A DNA stretch of 64,000 bases from Negaprion brevirostris (GCA_030324005.1 JARDVH010000150.1:15144057-15208056); one strand, 5' to 3'. Counted from the stretch's first letter, positions 1-14,290 are shown. Made by a program: numbers and translations. Notes: generated by a model from the sequence alone, not told the origin.

Positions 1-4
1 TCTT

Positions 5-78
5 ATTGAATGGCGGGGCAGGCTCGAAGGGCTAGATGGCCTACTCCTGCTCCTATTTCTTATGTTCTTATGTGTTCT
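5..78 (+). mobile_element. CR1 LINE 3' tail
   Basis: GAATGGCGGGGCAGGCTCGAAGGGC...CCTACTCCTGCTCCTATTTCTTATGTTCTTATG tail, near-identical to 23872-23945. Confidence 0.75.
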
Positions 79-616
79 TTGGATTGGCAATGGCAGACAT
101 ATATAGTCAACCCCTTAAGTATCCTTTGCCAGTTTATCCAAGCCAGTGCAGGTCTGATGCCATCAAAGTTCCTCAAGTTCAGTTTCCTAGTCTCAGACTT
201 AACTGTGTCACTCTCCATCTTGATGAAGAATTCTACCAAATTATGGTCACTCTCTTCCCCAAAGGATCTCTCACCACTAGGTTGTTAATTAATCCTCACA
301 ATACCCAGTCAAGGATGGCCTGCTCTCTAGTTGGCTTCTCAACATATTGGTGAAGAAAACCATCCCTTATACTCTAAGGTTTCTCACTTCTTCAACCTCT
401 CTCAATATCTTCCTGTATATTGAGTCTTCCTTGCTTTATTTGCTCTCCCCAAATGCATGACCTCACACTTTTCCAGATTGAATTCCATCTGTCGTTCCTC
501 TGCACGTTCAACCAAACCATTGATAAAATTCTGGAGTTGACAGCTATCCTCTTCACTATCAACTACACAGCCCATTTTTATATCATTTGCAAATTTCCCA
601 TCATATCACCCTCATT

Positions 617-990
617 CAGGGCAGATGATGGCCTAGTGGCATTATTGCTAGACTATCAGTCCAGAAACTTAGCTCACCCACACCCGGGTGTGGGAACCCG
701 GGTTCAAATCCCACCACAGCAGATAGTGGAATTTGAATTCAATAAGAAATATCTGGTATTAAGACTCCACTGATGACCATGAAACCATTGTCAATTGTCA
801 GAAAAGCCCATCTGGTTCACTAATGCCCTTTAGAGAAGAAAATCTGTCATCCTTACCTGATCTGGCCTACATGTGACTCCAGACCCACAGCAATGTGGTT
901 GACTCTCAACTGCTCTCGGGCAATTAGGGATGGGCAATAAACGCTGGCCAGCCAGTGACACCCATGTCCCACGAATTAATTTAAAAAAAA
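617..990 (+). mobile_element. tRNA-headed SINE (DeuSINE/SacSINE1-like)
   Basis: A-box-like TGGCCTAGTGG and B-box GGTTCAAATCC, body similar to 48350-48945, A-rich tail. Confidence 0.65.
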
Positions 991-1239
991 CTAAATTCAA
1001 ATCCAAGTAAGTCTAAAGGGGAAAGATATTGCATTTCCCTACTAATTTCAGGCATCTTGAAGCAGAGATCCCTTTACAGATTAGTCCTCACACTTTCTTC
1101 CCACCCTCACTGTCCCAATCCTACAGCCCCTTGCTGCTGACCACATGCTGGTCTACTGACTGCACTCACCTCTTACTTTGCCTCATTAAATTGGACATGT
1201 ACCTGGGCCAAATGGAATCAATCCCAAGTTACTGTGGGA

Positions 1240-2690
1240 AGTAAGGGAAGAAATAGCTGGGGCCCTAACAGTTATCTTCCCAACCTCTCATTGACCACAG
1301 GTGAGGTTCTGGGGGACTGGTGAATAGCTAATGTTGTTCCCTTGTTTAAGAAAGGAAGCAGGGATAATCCAGGAAACTATACGCCGGTGAGCCTGATGTC
1401 AGTAGTTGGGAAGCTTTTGGAGAAGATGCTGAGGGACAGGATATATGCACATTTAGGAGGAAAATGGACCAGTTACTGTTGGGCAGCATGGATTTGTATG
1501 GGGAAGGTCATATCTCACTAACTTGATTGAGTTTTTGAAGTGGTGACAAAGATAATTGATGAGGAATAGGCTGTGAATGTAGTTTATATGGACTTTAGTA
1601 AGGTGTTTGACAAGGTCCCACATGGCAGACTGGCACATAAACTAGAATCACATGGCATTCAGGGTGGGCTGGTTAGATGGATACAGAACTAGCTTGGTTA
1701 TAGAAGACAGAGTAGTAATGGAAGGGTGTTTCTCAGAATGGATTTTTGTAGTTAGTGGTGTTCTTCGGGGATCAATGCTGGGACCTCTGTTGTTTGTAGA
1801 ATATATTTTTGATCTGGAGGAAAATGTGGGTGGTCTGTGGATGACATGAAGATTGGTGGAGTTGCTGATAGTGCTGGGGATTGTCAGAGGATACAAGAGG
1901 ATATAGATTCGAGACTTGGGCATAGAAATTGCAGATGAAGTTTAATCCAAACAAATGCAAGGTGATGCATTTAAGAATCAAATTTAGGTTAAATCGTACT
2001 GTAAATGGCAGAACCCTTAGGAACATTAACAGAGGAAGTTGGGTGTGCAGGNNNNNNNNNNNNNNNNNNNNNNNNNNNNNNNNNNNNNNNNNNNNNNNNN
2101 NNNNNNNNNNNNNNNNNNNNNNNNNNNNNNNNNNNNNNNNNNNNNNNNNNNNNNNNNNNNNNNNNNNNNNNNNNNNNNNNNNNNNNNNNNNNNNNNNNNN
2201 NNNNNNNNNNNNNNNNNNNNNNNNNNNNNNNNNNNNNNNNNNNNNNNNNNNNNNNNNNNNNNNNNNNNNNNNNNNNNNNNNNNNNNNNNNNNNNNNNNNN
2301 NNNNNNNNNNNNNNNNNNNNNNNNNNNNNNNNNNNNNNNNNNNNNNNNNNNNNNNNNNNNNNNNNNNNNNNNNNNNNNNNNNNNNNNNNNNNNNNNNNNN
2401 NNNNNNNNNNNNNNNNNNNNNNNNNNNNNNNNNNNAGGGAGATGTGCGCGGGAGGTTTTTCACGCAGAGGGTGGTGGGTCGTGGGTGCCTGGAACATGCT
2501 GTCAAAGGAGGTGGTGGAAGCAGGCACATTAGCAACATTTAAGAGGCAGCTGGGTGGGTACATGAATAGGGAGGGGAGAGGGATAAGGACCAAGTAAGGG
2601 CAGAAGGTTCTTTTTAGTTAAGGCATCATGATCAACATGGGCTTGGAGGGCTGAAAGGCTTGTTCCTGTGCTGTATTTTTCTTTGTTATC
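1240..2690 (+). mobile_element. CR1 LINE ORF2 (RT) fragment, degraded, spans a gap
   Basis: Translated pieces SGVLRGSMLGPLLF, MKFNPNKCKVMH, DVRGRFFTQRVV; typical CR1 3' end. Confidence 0.9.
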
Positions 2691-3769
2691 AGAATGTACT
2701 CCCCTCCTGATTATAACAAATGAAAATCAGAAACATTATCTTTGAGTTTTTTTTGTGAATTCTCCTTGATGTTTGACTCCCAATCTCTCTTTCAGAAACA
2801 CACCGATCAGCTGGAGACTCAGGCTGTCAAATCACTCTTCAATCTCGTTTGTAACACTTACACCGTGAGTGACCTCTTTCCTGCTTTTAGAACTTTACAT
2901 ATTTTGAGGTATCTGGAAGGTGCCCCTCCCCCTGCCGTGGGCACAAACACAGAGAATGTATTACAGAAGTTTGTGTATTTTTGTGTAAAAATGAACTTTC
3001 CTTCAGTCTGCTTTATTGAACTATCTAAATCGAAGGACAATCGCAGCTTTTTCAACGAACCACACAGTGGAGTGTCTTAACCCAGGAACCATTCTTTGGA
3101 ATCTTTTCTTCACTCTCCCAGTATCTTCACATCCTTTCTGAAGTGTGATGCCTAGGATGGAACTCAGTAGTCCAACTTAGACTGGGACGGTATTTTATAC
3201 ATGTTTAACCAATAGGGCAGGGAGTATAAGAGTAAAGGAGCCGGGTTAAGTGTAGGATACTTATTGTTTTATTAATTGTGCTCTCAGCCTGCCCTACAAC
3301 CTTCAACGATTCCTGCACGGAAGCACCCAGGCCCCCTCTGCTTCTGCATCCTTTAGAATTTGATTCTTTTATACTGTCTCTGCATCCTTCCTTCAAAATG
3401 AATAATTTTACTTTTCTCTGCATTAAGATTAACACATTTGCATAAATAAAGGATTGGTTAATGGAGAGAAAGTAGAAAGTAGGGGTGAATTCACAATTTC
3501 CAGATGAGAGACAGTGGGTGTGTGGACATCAAGAACACAACAACAGGTAAAGCAGCAGTAAGCCATGTGGCCTGAGTTCAGTGCTGGGACCTTTAGAATT
3601 GTACAGTACAGCCCATTGAGTCCGCTCCAATAGGATAGAAACACCTGACATCCCACCTAAATCCATCTACCACTCCTTGACCTACAGCCTTCGCCACTGA
3701 CAATCTATATTAATGACTTCAACAAAGAGACAGAATAAACTATCTAAATTTGCTGATGATACAAAGCTA

Positions 3770-3905
3770 GGTGGGAATCATTGGATGAGACTTACACCCT
3801 CACTTTTCCCAAAACTGTAAAATCCCACCTGAGGTCAACACACCTTCCCATTATCCGCCCCTCGCCTGCTCTGATTTCCCTGGTGCCGGGGCTTTAAACC
3901 GGCAA
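3770..3905. mobile_element. MITE-like repeat fragment
   Basis: Reverse-complement similarity to 61055-61155 (CCCAAAACTGTAAAATCCC.CCTGAGGTCAAC). Confidence 0.5.
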
Positions 3906-4196
3906 TCGTAGAATCCCTACAGTGTTGAAGGAGACCATTCGGCCCATCAAGTCTGCACCAATCCATCTTTTTAAAAAAAAAACTTACCCAGCCCCAACCC
4001 TGTAACCACCTTGCCCCCTCCACCAACCCCAGTGCATTTACCCAGCTAATTCCCCCTAACCAACAAATCTTGGGACACTAAGGGGCAACTTAGCATATCT
4101 AACCTCCCTAACCAGCATGTCTTTTGGACTGTGGGAGGTACCCGGAGGAAACCCACGCAGACATGGGGACCATGTGCAGACTCTGCATAGACAGTG
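3906..4196 (-). mobile_element. tRNA-derived SINE with CR1-like tail
   Basis: Family motifs TAGAATCCCTACAGTG and GGAGGAAACCCACGCAGAC, seen in more than 10 copies in this window. Confidence 0.8.
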
Positions 4197-4239
4197 TGGA
4201 ATTTAAGCTGTAAAGAGATAATGGCAGTTTCAGTTACTG

Positions 4240-4650
4240 ACCAAGAAGATGGTGGATGAAGTATAATGTGTGGGGGGAGTGTGAAATTATTCACTTTAGC
4301 TGTAAGCACCAAAAAGTAAAATATTTATTAAAAGGCTGAAACTTGTCACGTGGATGTAGAGAGAAACTTGGATGCAGTCGTACAAGAAACACAAATTTAG
4401 CAGGTATACAACTAGGAAGGTACCTGACGTGTTGGTCTCTGGTGCAAAGGGATTGGAGTATAATAAGGAAGCCTTACTGCAATTATTCAGGGCTTTGAGG
4501 TCACACCTGGAGTACTTTACACAGTTTCCACTCCCCATGCTCAAGCTGGTGCAGTGAAGATTCACTTGATCGGTTCCTGTGATGAGAGGGTTCTTCTATA
4601 ATGTGAGACTCGGTAAACTGGCCCAGTCCACTCTTGGAGTTTAGAAAATT
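4240..4650 (+). mobile_element. Old CR1 ORF2 fragment
   Basis: GLEYNKEALLQLFRALRSHLEY resembles the CR1 ORF2 C-terminus. Confidence 0.65.
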
Positions 4651-6724
4651 AAGATGTCAGCAAAATACAACGGATACTGGAAATCTGAAATAAAAACAAA
4701 AACTGCTGTAAAAACTCAGCCAGTCTGGCAGCTTCTGTGGCGAGAGAATCAAGCCTTATGACTTGAAAGTCTTTTATAAAGAGATGTAGACACTTAGCCA
4801 CATGGCGAGATGTTACAGATAATCAGAAATTTGAGTGAGGGAGATTGTAAGATGCAAAGTGATATTGAGGTGCAGAGTTTGAGGGAATTGCAGAGCTTAG
4901 GAACGAGCTAGTGATGAACAAGTGGCCTAAATTGGTTAATAAACCCTATTTCCTTGTAATGTGCAATATTTGTCCATAATTCGTGCACTGCCCACCAGCA
5001 AGTGCCACCTAAGGTGCGTCAGGCTACCAGGTTAATGTACTTTATCAGGCTTGATCTCATCCGTGTTTCTTACCTGTTGTCTGTCTTTGAGCCTGGACTA
5101 GAAGCCAAAGCTGATCTGTTGAACTGGCCCAGATCAACCTGGAACAGGTTTGCAGCCAAGAACAGATTACCTCTTCCTAATTCCTCTGTCTGTTAAAGCA
5201 GAACATACCACCAATGCCAAGCAGTTATGTAAATTTGTGCAATAATTTAGGGCATCTGCCCTCATGATAGGATCATCTTCGACCAGCAGCTCTGCTGAGG
5301 AATGTCAGCTAAAACACGAGTCTGGAGATTGGAAATCACAGCCTTGTTACTTAGCTCCTACAGGAATGTCCATCGCTGAATATTGAGGCAGCTGGTCATT
5401 CCCACTGTGACTGTGAAGTGAGCTTGGAAAGCACACTGAGAAGTTAAACTAACAATCCTGAAAGGGAACTCAACGTTAATGGACTTCCCAATCCCTCATT
5501 ACCTCTGTGGATCCCTGTCCCCCCCACTAAAGATTCTGCTCTGTGGAGAGAATCTAGTAGATTTAGAATCTGCTACTGATTATATGTTTGGATTAATTCA
5601 TACAGTAAAATTTAGAAGTCCAATCATTTTGATTTCCATGAGTTTGGGAAGGTGATTGAATAATAATCAATTCTACGTTTCTTCAGTTATTATTTTTGTC
5701 ACAAAGCCAGTCACGAATTGGTTGTGATTTTCATGCTGTTAAAATATTCCATTATTGTTTTATCTGCAGGGAAAGAAGCCAACTGCCTGTGCAAAAGCTG
5801 AAGGAAAAAACTCATTCCCTAAATGCATGATTTAGCGATGGATGTACAGTGACTGCAACTAAACTCTTCAGGTCTCTGACTATGTCTCTAATGAGTTTAC
5901 ATTTTATTGGCCAGATGGGGAGAGGAGGTGTGAATCGCTTGGCAGTGACTGGGATTTTAGCTGCTTCAGTAACCTGTGGTTATTGGATATTCATGATGTA
6001 GAGATGCCCAGAATGCTGGAATCACTTTGTGGTTCTGATGAGCTTTTTTTTAAACTGAACAGTAAGGATCAAAAGCTGAGTTTCCTTTGATCTTACAATT
6101 TTTTGATGCAAATTATCTTCATTGAAATAAAGCAAAATACTTCAGCTGCTGGAAATCTGAAAGAAACAAACTGCTGAAAGTATTCAGCTGGTTAAGCAGC
6201 ATCTGTGAATTGAGAGAGAAGCATTTCAAACCCACACATTGACCTGAAACATTAACTTCGTTTCTCTCGACACAACTGCTCCCAGACTTGCTGAATACTT
6301 GTGGTATTTTCTGCTTTGATTGTGAATGAAATTTGACTGCAGAACCTGGAGCTACTTGAAATGGAATCAGAGATTTCTGATACTGTAAACACAAAAACAC
6401 AAACCAGCAAGATTCGAGTTTGCAATCAATATTGTTTTCTGTCCCAGTTTTCACTGAAAATGTAATGGATTTTTTTTTAAACTGAAAGCTTTTTGCTATT
6501 TCTGCTAAAGTCAAATAAAATGCTAATTTTAAAAATCAATTGTATTTTAATTGTATTATGAACATTCTTAAACAACTGAGAAAAGTTCCAACATTAAGCA
6601 AGATCCATGTTTGTTTTGTTGAGCACTGGAATGATGATCTCTCTTGTCAGAGATGGTCATTGCCTAGTTTGTGTAACATAAATGTTATTTGCCAATTGGC
6701 AGTCCAAGTCTTGAACATGAACTG

Positions 6725-6960
6725 CCTTATAGGAGCAGGTGGACACCATTCATTACAATCATCACCTAATCCTGCTTTCTCCCCATAACCTTTGATCCCA
6801 TTCGCCCCAAATGCTATATCCAGCCGCCACTTGAATACATTGAATGTTTTGGCTTCAACTACTTCCTGTTGTAATGAATTCTTCAGTCTTTGGGTGAAGA
6901 AATGTCTCCTCATCTCTGTCCTAAATGGTCTACCCTGAACCCTCAAACCCCTGGACATGA
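6725..6960 (-). mobile_element. CR1 3' fragment
   Basis: FRTEMRRHFFTQR...EVVEAKTFNVFKWRLD. Confidence 0.75.
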
Positions 6961-7041
6961 ACCATCCTTTGAATTGTAATTATTGTAATTGTAATTTCTC
7001 AAACCCATTTTTTTTTCCATTTATCTTGCATTTAAAAACCT

Positions 7042-7350
7042 GGCCGGAATATTCCAGCCGTTCACACCTACGGGATTCTCTGGTCCCGGTGAGGTGAACG
7101 GAGACTTGGCTGAGCGCCAAATTCTCCATCCTCGCTCGCAGGGGCAAGCGTGAACGGCCAATCAATTCCCAAAAATAGAAGTTATGGACAAGAGGGAGGT
7201 GGCGTGTTGTTTGCTAGCGGCGAAATTCTCTGCTGTGGTGGGAACTCCCAATGATGTCACTCCTTGCTGGCAGGAGACCTGCGGGCAGGAGTGCACTCTC
7301 GGTGGGAACCAGAGAATCCAGCCGGCGTGAATGGCTGGAGAATTCTGGCC
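7042..7350. mobile_element. MITE with terminal inverted repeats
   Basis: GGCCGGAATATTCCAGCCGTTCAC...GGATTCTCTGGTCCC at the left end is the reverse complement of GGGAACCAGAGAATCC...GTGAATGGCTGGAGAATTCTGGCC at the right end. Confidence 0.75.
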
Positions 7351-7732
7351 CAGCTATCGAAAACACAAAAAATCATAAAATTAAATATCCATTCAGAATA
7401 CTTCTCCATTTTCATTTGACCAAGACTGGTAGGTAACTGGAATAGAGAGACTGGTGAGTGGAATACAACAGCTCTGGGAGGGTTGATCAGAGGACAGCGA
7501 ACGTTACACTGGCAACAGCTGATGGTGGTATAAGACACTGCTTTCCATTTCTTGGAATGGGAAATTGGAGGAGGATCTTTGTGGCGAGTTTGATTTCCTT
7601 TGTGTTTAATAAGGCGACGCTGCATCACTTTGGCACTCGCTGGTTTAATTTTAGCTGCGATGGCTTGGTTTCCATTTTCTCCTGGCATGAACAAGAAGTG
7701 TAACTTCTACATCACAAGTGCCAGTGAGTTGA

Positions 7733-7740
7733 TGACGTCA
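7733..7740. promoter_or_regulatory. Palindromic CRE site in a CpG-enriched stretch
   Basis: TGACGTCA exact match; function not shown. Confidence 0.35.
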
Positions 7741-8686
7741 GTCATACGACTGTGCAGCTGTGTGGCCGAGAGTTGAGATACGGACTTCCCTTCGTTTGCT
7801 GAAGATTGCAAACGCCACCAGCCCCCTCTGTCGAGGCCGAGCGCAAACTCGAGCATAATCCTTGCCTGCCGGTGGCCAGGGAATTTGACCTAATTGCTAG
7901 TTTCAGACAAAGAGCAAGCAGCCAGTCTAAGGTCTCAACGTACATTATAGGTAAGTGTCTCTTATACTTTTCTGCTGTGTCAGTGAGTGAGCTGCTAAAT
8001 GGCTGCATCTGTGTAATAGGCGCGAGAACTGTTCTTTCATGATTTTAAAGATGAGCGTGGTTTTAGTCCGGATTCCTGTCATCTTGGAAACTGTCACCCC
8101 TTTCCTTCCTCTTGAAATGTGGTTTCTCAATATTCATAGTTATGTTTGAGGTTCTGCACCAACTACCGACCTGGGGTTGCGAGACCTATCTTGTAGGCCT
8201 CTTCATCCTGTCTGTGCGACAAGGCGAGCTTGTGTAGTGTCGATATGAGTTGACTTCCCTTTCCTGCTGCCAGAAACAACTACTTGTTGGCTATCTCTTG
8301 CATTCAACAAGAAAAGATTGTTACAGTTCATTGGGTAAATCTCCACGTGCTGTGGCGAAGGGTTGAGCAGGCCCAGAAGTTTCCGGATTAGGATTTCTGG
8401 CCTGCGCTAATTCTGCTTATCTCAGTTGGCCGTGAAGCCACAATCGACGTGGGGTTACCACGATTTAAAAAGAATGGGAAGATTGACAAAGGCAATCATT
8501 CTAGAGCATGGTGTGTCCATTCCCCAGCCTCTCACATCAATATGGGAAAAGGGTGCCGCATGATCTGTGGTTATACCACCGCCTTTCCAATCATGGAGGT
8601 GAAGGAAGATTCCAGAGGGCTGCTGGCTCTCTGGGAATGTGCACCAGCAATAAGAGTCCCCAACATTCAGGAAACACTAGGAGACG

Positions 8687-8920
8687 AGAATCCCTACAGT
8701 GCAGAAGCCATTTGGCCCATCGCGTCTGTACCGACCACAATCCCACCTAGGCCCTATCCCCATAACCCTCATTTACCCGACTAATCCCCCTGACACTAAG
8801 GGGCAGTTTAGCGTGGCCAATCCACCTAACCCGCACATCTTTGGAGTGTGGGAGGATACCTGAGCACCCGGAGGAAACCCATGCAGACATGGGGAGAACG
8901 TGCAGACTCCACACAGACAG
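8687..8920 (-). mobile_element. tRNA-derived SINE
   Basis: Same family motifs; runs into a gap. Confidence 0.8.
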
Positions 8921-9020
8921 NNNNNNNNNNNNNNNNNNNNNNNNNNNNNNNNNNNNNNNNNNNNNNNNNNNNNNNNNNNNNNNNNNNNNNNNNNNNNNNN
9001 NNNNNNNNNNNNNNNNNNNN

Positions 9021-10270
9021 TTCCCAATTTACAGCCATTCAAGTAGTAATCTGCCGCCTAGTTTTTGCTTCCAAAGTGAATAACCTCACACTCATCCAAA
9101 GTATACTGCATCTGCCATTGATTAGCCCACTCACCCAACCTGTCCAGATCACTCTGAAGGATCTCTGCATCCTCGAAAGAGTTCACCCTTCCACCCAATT
9201 TGGTATCATCTGCAAACTTTGAGATGTTACATTTTGTTCCCTCATCCAAATCATGAGGACAGAAACCGTAGAATCCCTATAGTGCAGAAGGAGGCCATTC
9301 GGCCCATCGAGTCTGCACTAACAATCCTACCCAGGTCCTAGTGCTAATCCCGCTAACCTATGCATTCTGGACACTAAGGGTTAACTTAGTGTAATCAATG
9401 CACCTAACCAGCACATCTTTGCAGTGTGGGAGGAAACCAGAGCACCTGGAGGAAACCCATGCAGACTCCAAACAGACCCAAGCCAGTAACTGAACCAAGG
9501 TCCCTGTGAAGCAGCAGTGCTAACCATTGTGCCATCCCTTATATATTGTGAATAGCTGGGATCCCAGCACCATAGAGTCATAGAGGTTTACAGCATGGAA
9601 ACAGACCTTTAAGCCCAACTTGTCTATGCTGCCCTTTTAAAACCCTTAAGCTAATCCTGATTGCCTACATTTGGCCCATATCCCTCGATACCCATTGTAC
9701 CCATGTAACTATCTAAATGCTTTCTGAAAGATAATTGTACCTGCCTCTACTACTATCACCTCTGGTGGCTTGTTCCAGACACTCACCACCCTGAAAAAAT
9801 TGCCCTTCTGGACACTTTTGTATCTTTCCCTCTCAATCCTATGCCCTTAAACTCACCTATCTTTGAGAAAAGATATTGACTATCTAGCTGATCTATGCCA
9901 CTCATTTTATAGACCTCTATAAGATCACTCCTCAGCCTCCTATGCTGCAGAGAAAAAAGCCCCAGTCTATCCAGCCTCTCCTTATAATTCAATCTATCAA
10001 GTCCCAGTAGCATCCCAGTAAATCTTTTCTGCATTCTTTCTAGTTTAATAATATCCTTTCTATAATACGGAGACCAGAATTGTACAGTATTCCAAATGTG
10101 GCCTTACCAATGTCTTGTACAACTTCAAGAAAACATTCCAACTCCTGTATTCAATGCTCTGACTGATGAAACCAAACATGCTGAGTGCCTTCACCACTGT
10201 CCACCTATGACTCCACTTTCAAGGAGCTATGAACCTGTACCCCTAGATCTCTTTGTTCTGTAACTCTTAT
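9021..10270 (-). mobile_element. CR1 fragments with an intervening SINE (9268-9540)
   Basis: ISKFADDTKLGG...LQSDLDRLGEWANQWQM; QKRFTGMLLGLDRLNYKERLDRLGLFSL. Confidence 0.85.
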
Positions 10271-10703
10271 TGATTCCCTCACCACCTGCCACAGTCTCAG
10301 TCTAGCAGCGATGTCCATTCTGTACATGCCACCCTCAGTGCTTCCTCCAAGTGGCCAGGAGATTTGCTAGTGTCACATGGGAGGATTTAAACTAGTTTGG
10401 CAGGGGGGTGGGAACCAAAGCAAAGGTGAATTAGCTGAAGGGGAAACCAGAGAGTAGAGCCAGTAAGACTCAGAGAGCACATAGGGTCTGGTGGACTGAA
10501 GAACATTTGTTTCAATGCGAGAAGTGTAACAGGTAAGGCAGATGAACTTAGTCTCGAGATGTCAGGCTTCTCATGAGGTTCTATGTTTGCAGGATGCACA
10601 TCGAGTAAAATAACTGCTTTTTTTGGAAGTTATTTTGGCTGCAGAAAGGTATCAGAGTCTTCAACTTACTGGCCCTGATTTCCAACATCTGAATCAAACA
10701 GAT

Positions 10704-11020
10704 CATAGAATCCCTACAGTGCAGAAAGAGGCCATTTGGCCCATCAAATCTGTACCAACAACATCCCACCTAGGCCTATCCCTGTAGCCCCACCTATTTA
10801 CCCTGCAACTCCCTCTAACTTAGACATCCTGGGACAGTAAGGAGCAATTTAGTATGGCCAATGCACCTAACCCACACATCTTTGGAGTGTGGGAGGAAAC
10901 TGGAGGAAACCCATGCAGACACAGGGAGAACATGCAGACTCCATACAGACAGTGATCCAAGCCAGGAATTGAACTCAGGTCTCTGAAGCTGTGAGGTGGC
11001 AGTGCTAGCCACTGTGCTGC
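10704..11020 (-). mobile_element. tRNA-derived SINE
   Basis: Full family body with head GCACAGTGGCTAGCACTGC and a B-box. Confidence 0.8.
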
Positions 11021-11564
11021 CTCTACAGATCAATTTCCTGAACAATGACAGAGCTGTCTATGGTTGGTTTAATGACCTTTGGCCTTCCTTGCAGGTTTGT
11101 GGGGATTCACCCCTCCCCCTCCAGATGTTGACTTTTTGTGCTGAGGCCGATTTAATCTTGTCGCTAAGTATGTGGTAAAACAAGGAAGCCTTAAATCAGA
11201 TAGCGATTCATTGATAGTTATAACTATACACAGACAAGCTCAGTACACAGGTCCAGTTGCACTGACTCCCAGGGTCTCACTATAGGCTCCACCCATTGAG
11301 CCACATCCTAACATCTGATAAGCTAGACTTTGCACACTGTTTTGATAAACTTGAGGGTCATGTGACCTACAGACTATCACCTATTAAATGGGCCACACTA
11401 TTAAATTCCTCCTCTCTTCCAATCATTCAAAACAAAAGTCCTTTATATAACTATGTATAGTACAGGTGGATTGGTCATGCTAAATTGTCCTTTCATGTCC
11501 CAGTATGGCTAAGAGGGTATAGCGGGGCAAATACATGGGTAGATGTGTGGAGTTACATGGATAG

Positions 11565-12380
11565 GGCTGTCCTATTATTTAATAAGGGTAGCAAGGATAA
11601 CCCGGGTAATTATAGGCCAATGAGCTTGATGTCAGTGACAGTGAAATTGTTGAAGGTTCTTAGGATAGGATCTATACATATTTGGAACTGAATGGTCTTG
11701 TTAGTCACAGACATGGTTTTGTATGAGGATGTCATGTCTCACTAATTTAATGGGGTTTGAGGAAGTGACCAAAATGATTGAGGGAAGGGCTATGAACATT
11801 GTCTAAATGGGACTTTTGACAAGTTCCCTCATGGCAGGTGGGTACAAAAAGTTAAATCACATGGGATCAGACAGATTCAAAACTGGCTTGGCGAAAAGAA
11901 GACAGGGGGTAGCAGTGTCAGGGTGTTTTTCTGAATGGAGGTCTGTAACTAGTAGTGTTCAGCAGGGATCAGTGTTGGGACCTCTGCTGTTTGTGATATA
12001 TGTAAGTGACTTGGAAGAAAGTGTAGCTGGTCTGATTAGCAAGTTTGCGGATGATAAAGATTGTTGGAGTTGCAGATAATGAAGATTGTCAGAGAATACA
12101 TCAGGATATAGATAGACTGGAAAATTGGACAGAGAAATGGCAGATGGGATTTAAATCTGACAAATGCAAGGTGATGTATTTTGGTCGATCCAATTCAGGT
12201 GGGAGCTATAAAATGGTAGAACCATCAGGAGCATAGACAGATCTGAGAGTACAGGTCCACAGATCCTAAAGTGGTGAAGGATTTGGCATGCTTGCCTTCA
12301 TTGGCCAGGGCATTGAATATAAAAGTTGGCAAATTATGTTACAGTTGTATAAATTTTTGGTTAGGCCACATTTGGAGTAC
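11565..12380 (+). mobile_element. CR1 ORF2 fragment
   Basis: [37 protein letters not shown]. Confidence 0.85.
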
Positions 12381-13867
12381 TGGCTGTGATTCTCCCATTG
12401 TGACCTGCAACTTTTCTGGCAGGTGGGAGATGTGCATCTGTGGCCTTGACCAGGAATGCATGCATGTCTCCCAGAGCGGGAGAACAGTTGCTGGTCAGAC
12501 CACACTGGAAACCAGCAGGCAGGCAGGTAGGTGAGTAATTTAAATCTTTTTAAGCTGCATATGAGTTAATTAACTGGACCTTTCATGTCCCAGTTGAATC
12601 TCCCACCCCATCAGAAGTACTTCATTCTGGCAGGGTTCAGACTAGCTCCCCACATTCAGGGAACTCATGGGAGACCCTGCTAGAATGAAGGGGGCAGTTG
12701 GGGTCACCCAGGGGGGTCAGGTGGTGGGGGCTGGTGCCTCCTGGCAATGCCAACTTGTGCCCTCTGGGCATTGGGTAGTGCCAAGGGGACAGGGCTTAGG
12801 GGCAATTGTGGTGGGGGGCCCTGCTGCCATTCTGCACTGGGATCAGTCTGGCGTAGAGGGAGCCCTGGGTAGTTTGGGCACAGAGAAAGTTTTAAAGAAA
12901 TTGAGCCTTGAGAAACAAAGCCAGACTCTGACTGCCATTCCTGGAAAAATACATTTTTAACCAGTAAAAAGGTAATAAAGCAGTTTTGAAATGAAACTGG
13001 AATCCTCCTAAGTTGATAGCCCCTTGGTTTGTACCCAAGCTATGAGCTATTTTATGTCTTCAAACAAAGCTATAAGTGTATTTTCCTTTGCTTTGAGAGA
13101 TGGGATGACTGCTTCAGAGGGAAACGAGGATTTTAGAAATCAGGCCAGATAGTCCACAGTTGAAGGTGAATACATCCTGCTCCAGAGTTGCTCTACACAC
13201 TGCAGTCAAGTAATCTGGAATGTTCCCCTAGGCTATCTGTAAAGCAATTCAAGAATCATTGTTTGTATCACAGGTCAGCACTGAGAGTCACCCTGGGTAA
13301 CCCAGACTCCACCAGACCTTGAATCCTACAATGCAGAGGGAGGCCATTCAGCCTATTGTATTTACACCAATGCTGATAGTACCCTGAGGCCCTCTCCCCA
13401 TAATCTCACACATCATGGCCAATCCCCCCAAACTGTACAACTTGCTGTTGAACCCTGACTTTTAACCCAAGTAATTGACTTTCTATTCAGCCAGATTGTT
13501 AACAAATTTTCTTTGACAAATGTGGTCAAGTCTCTTATTCTGGGTAACAGCAGTGAAAATGAACACTTGTGACACACTGCACACTCCCTTTGCTTGTTGT
13601 GTTTTTCTCTAAAGGACATCTTCCATAATAACAGGACATTCCTTTGCTGAGGAAGTGAACAGATTAGTTACAGAAATCCTTTGCATGCTGAACAAGATAG
13701 CAAGAGGTGAATGAATTGAGAGAGAAATCTTTGAGCCCAGCTATTAAGTTACACTAAAGGACAAGAAAAATTTCTCCAATAAATATTTACTTACAAATGC
13801 AGCAATAGCGGAATGTAGGAAGTGGAGCACAAAAACAGTCCGAATTGGATCCAACTTCATTCAAGAC

Positions 13868-14014
13868 TCAGTTGAGGGTGAGCCTGTCAAACAGGTACAT
13901 TCCCATGCCATTCTCAGGGGCTCTCAGTCTGTTCAGGTTGATGATGTGATTGCCAAGCTTCTCGATCATCTTCACTTGTTCATCCAAGTAGTGAGGCTCC
14001 AGGAAGTCACAAAG
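13868..14014 (-). pseudogene. FTH1: Ferritin exon 4
   Basis: [48 protein letters not shown]. Confidence 0.9.
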
Positions 14015-14290
14015 CTAGAAACAGGAAGTCAGGGGATATTAGTGAGTTCTATTATCTAGATGTAATGCACAAGTCTGGTTCTACCCACAATTCCATTAAA
14101 CTGGGAGTGAGTGGATCAAGAAACATTGCTGCCTCAGAATGGATCTGTTTCGTGATCAGGTTCAGTGTAGGTGACCTTTCCAGAACAAACCCACAAGTGG
14201 GGAACAAAGCAATGGAATTCTGTCACAGGGGGAATTGTAGATTCTAATGTTATCTCAACACCACTGCGGAAAACCCATCACACAACTTAC

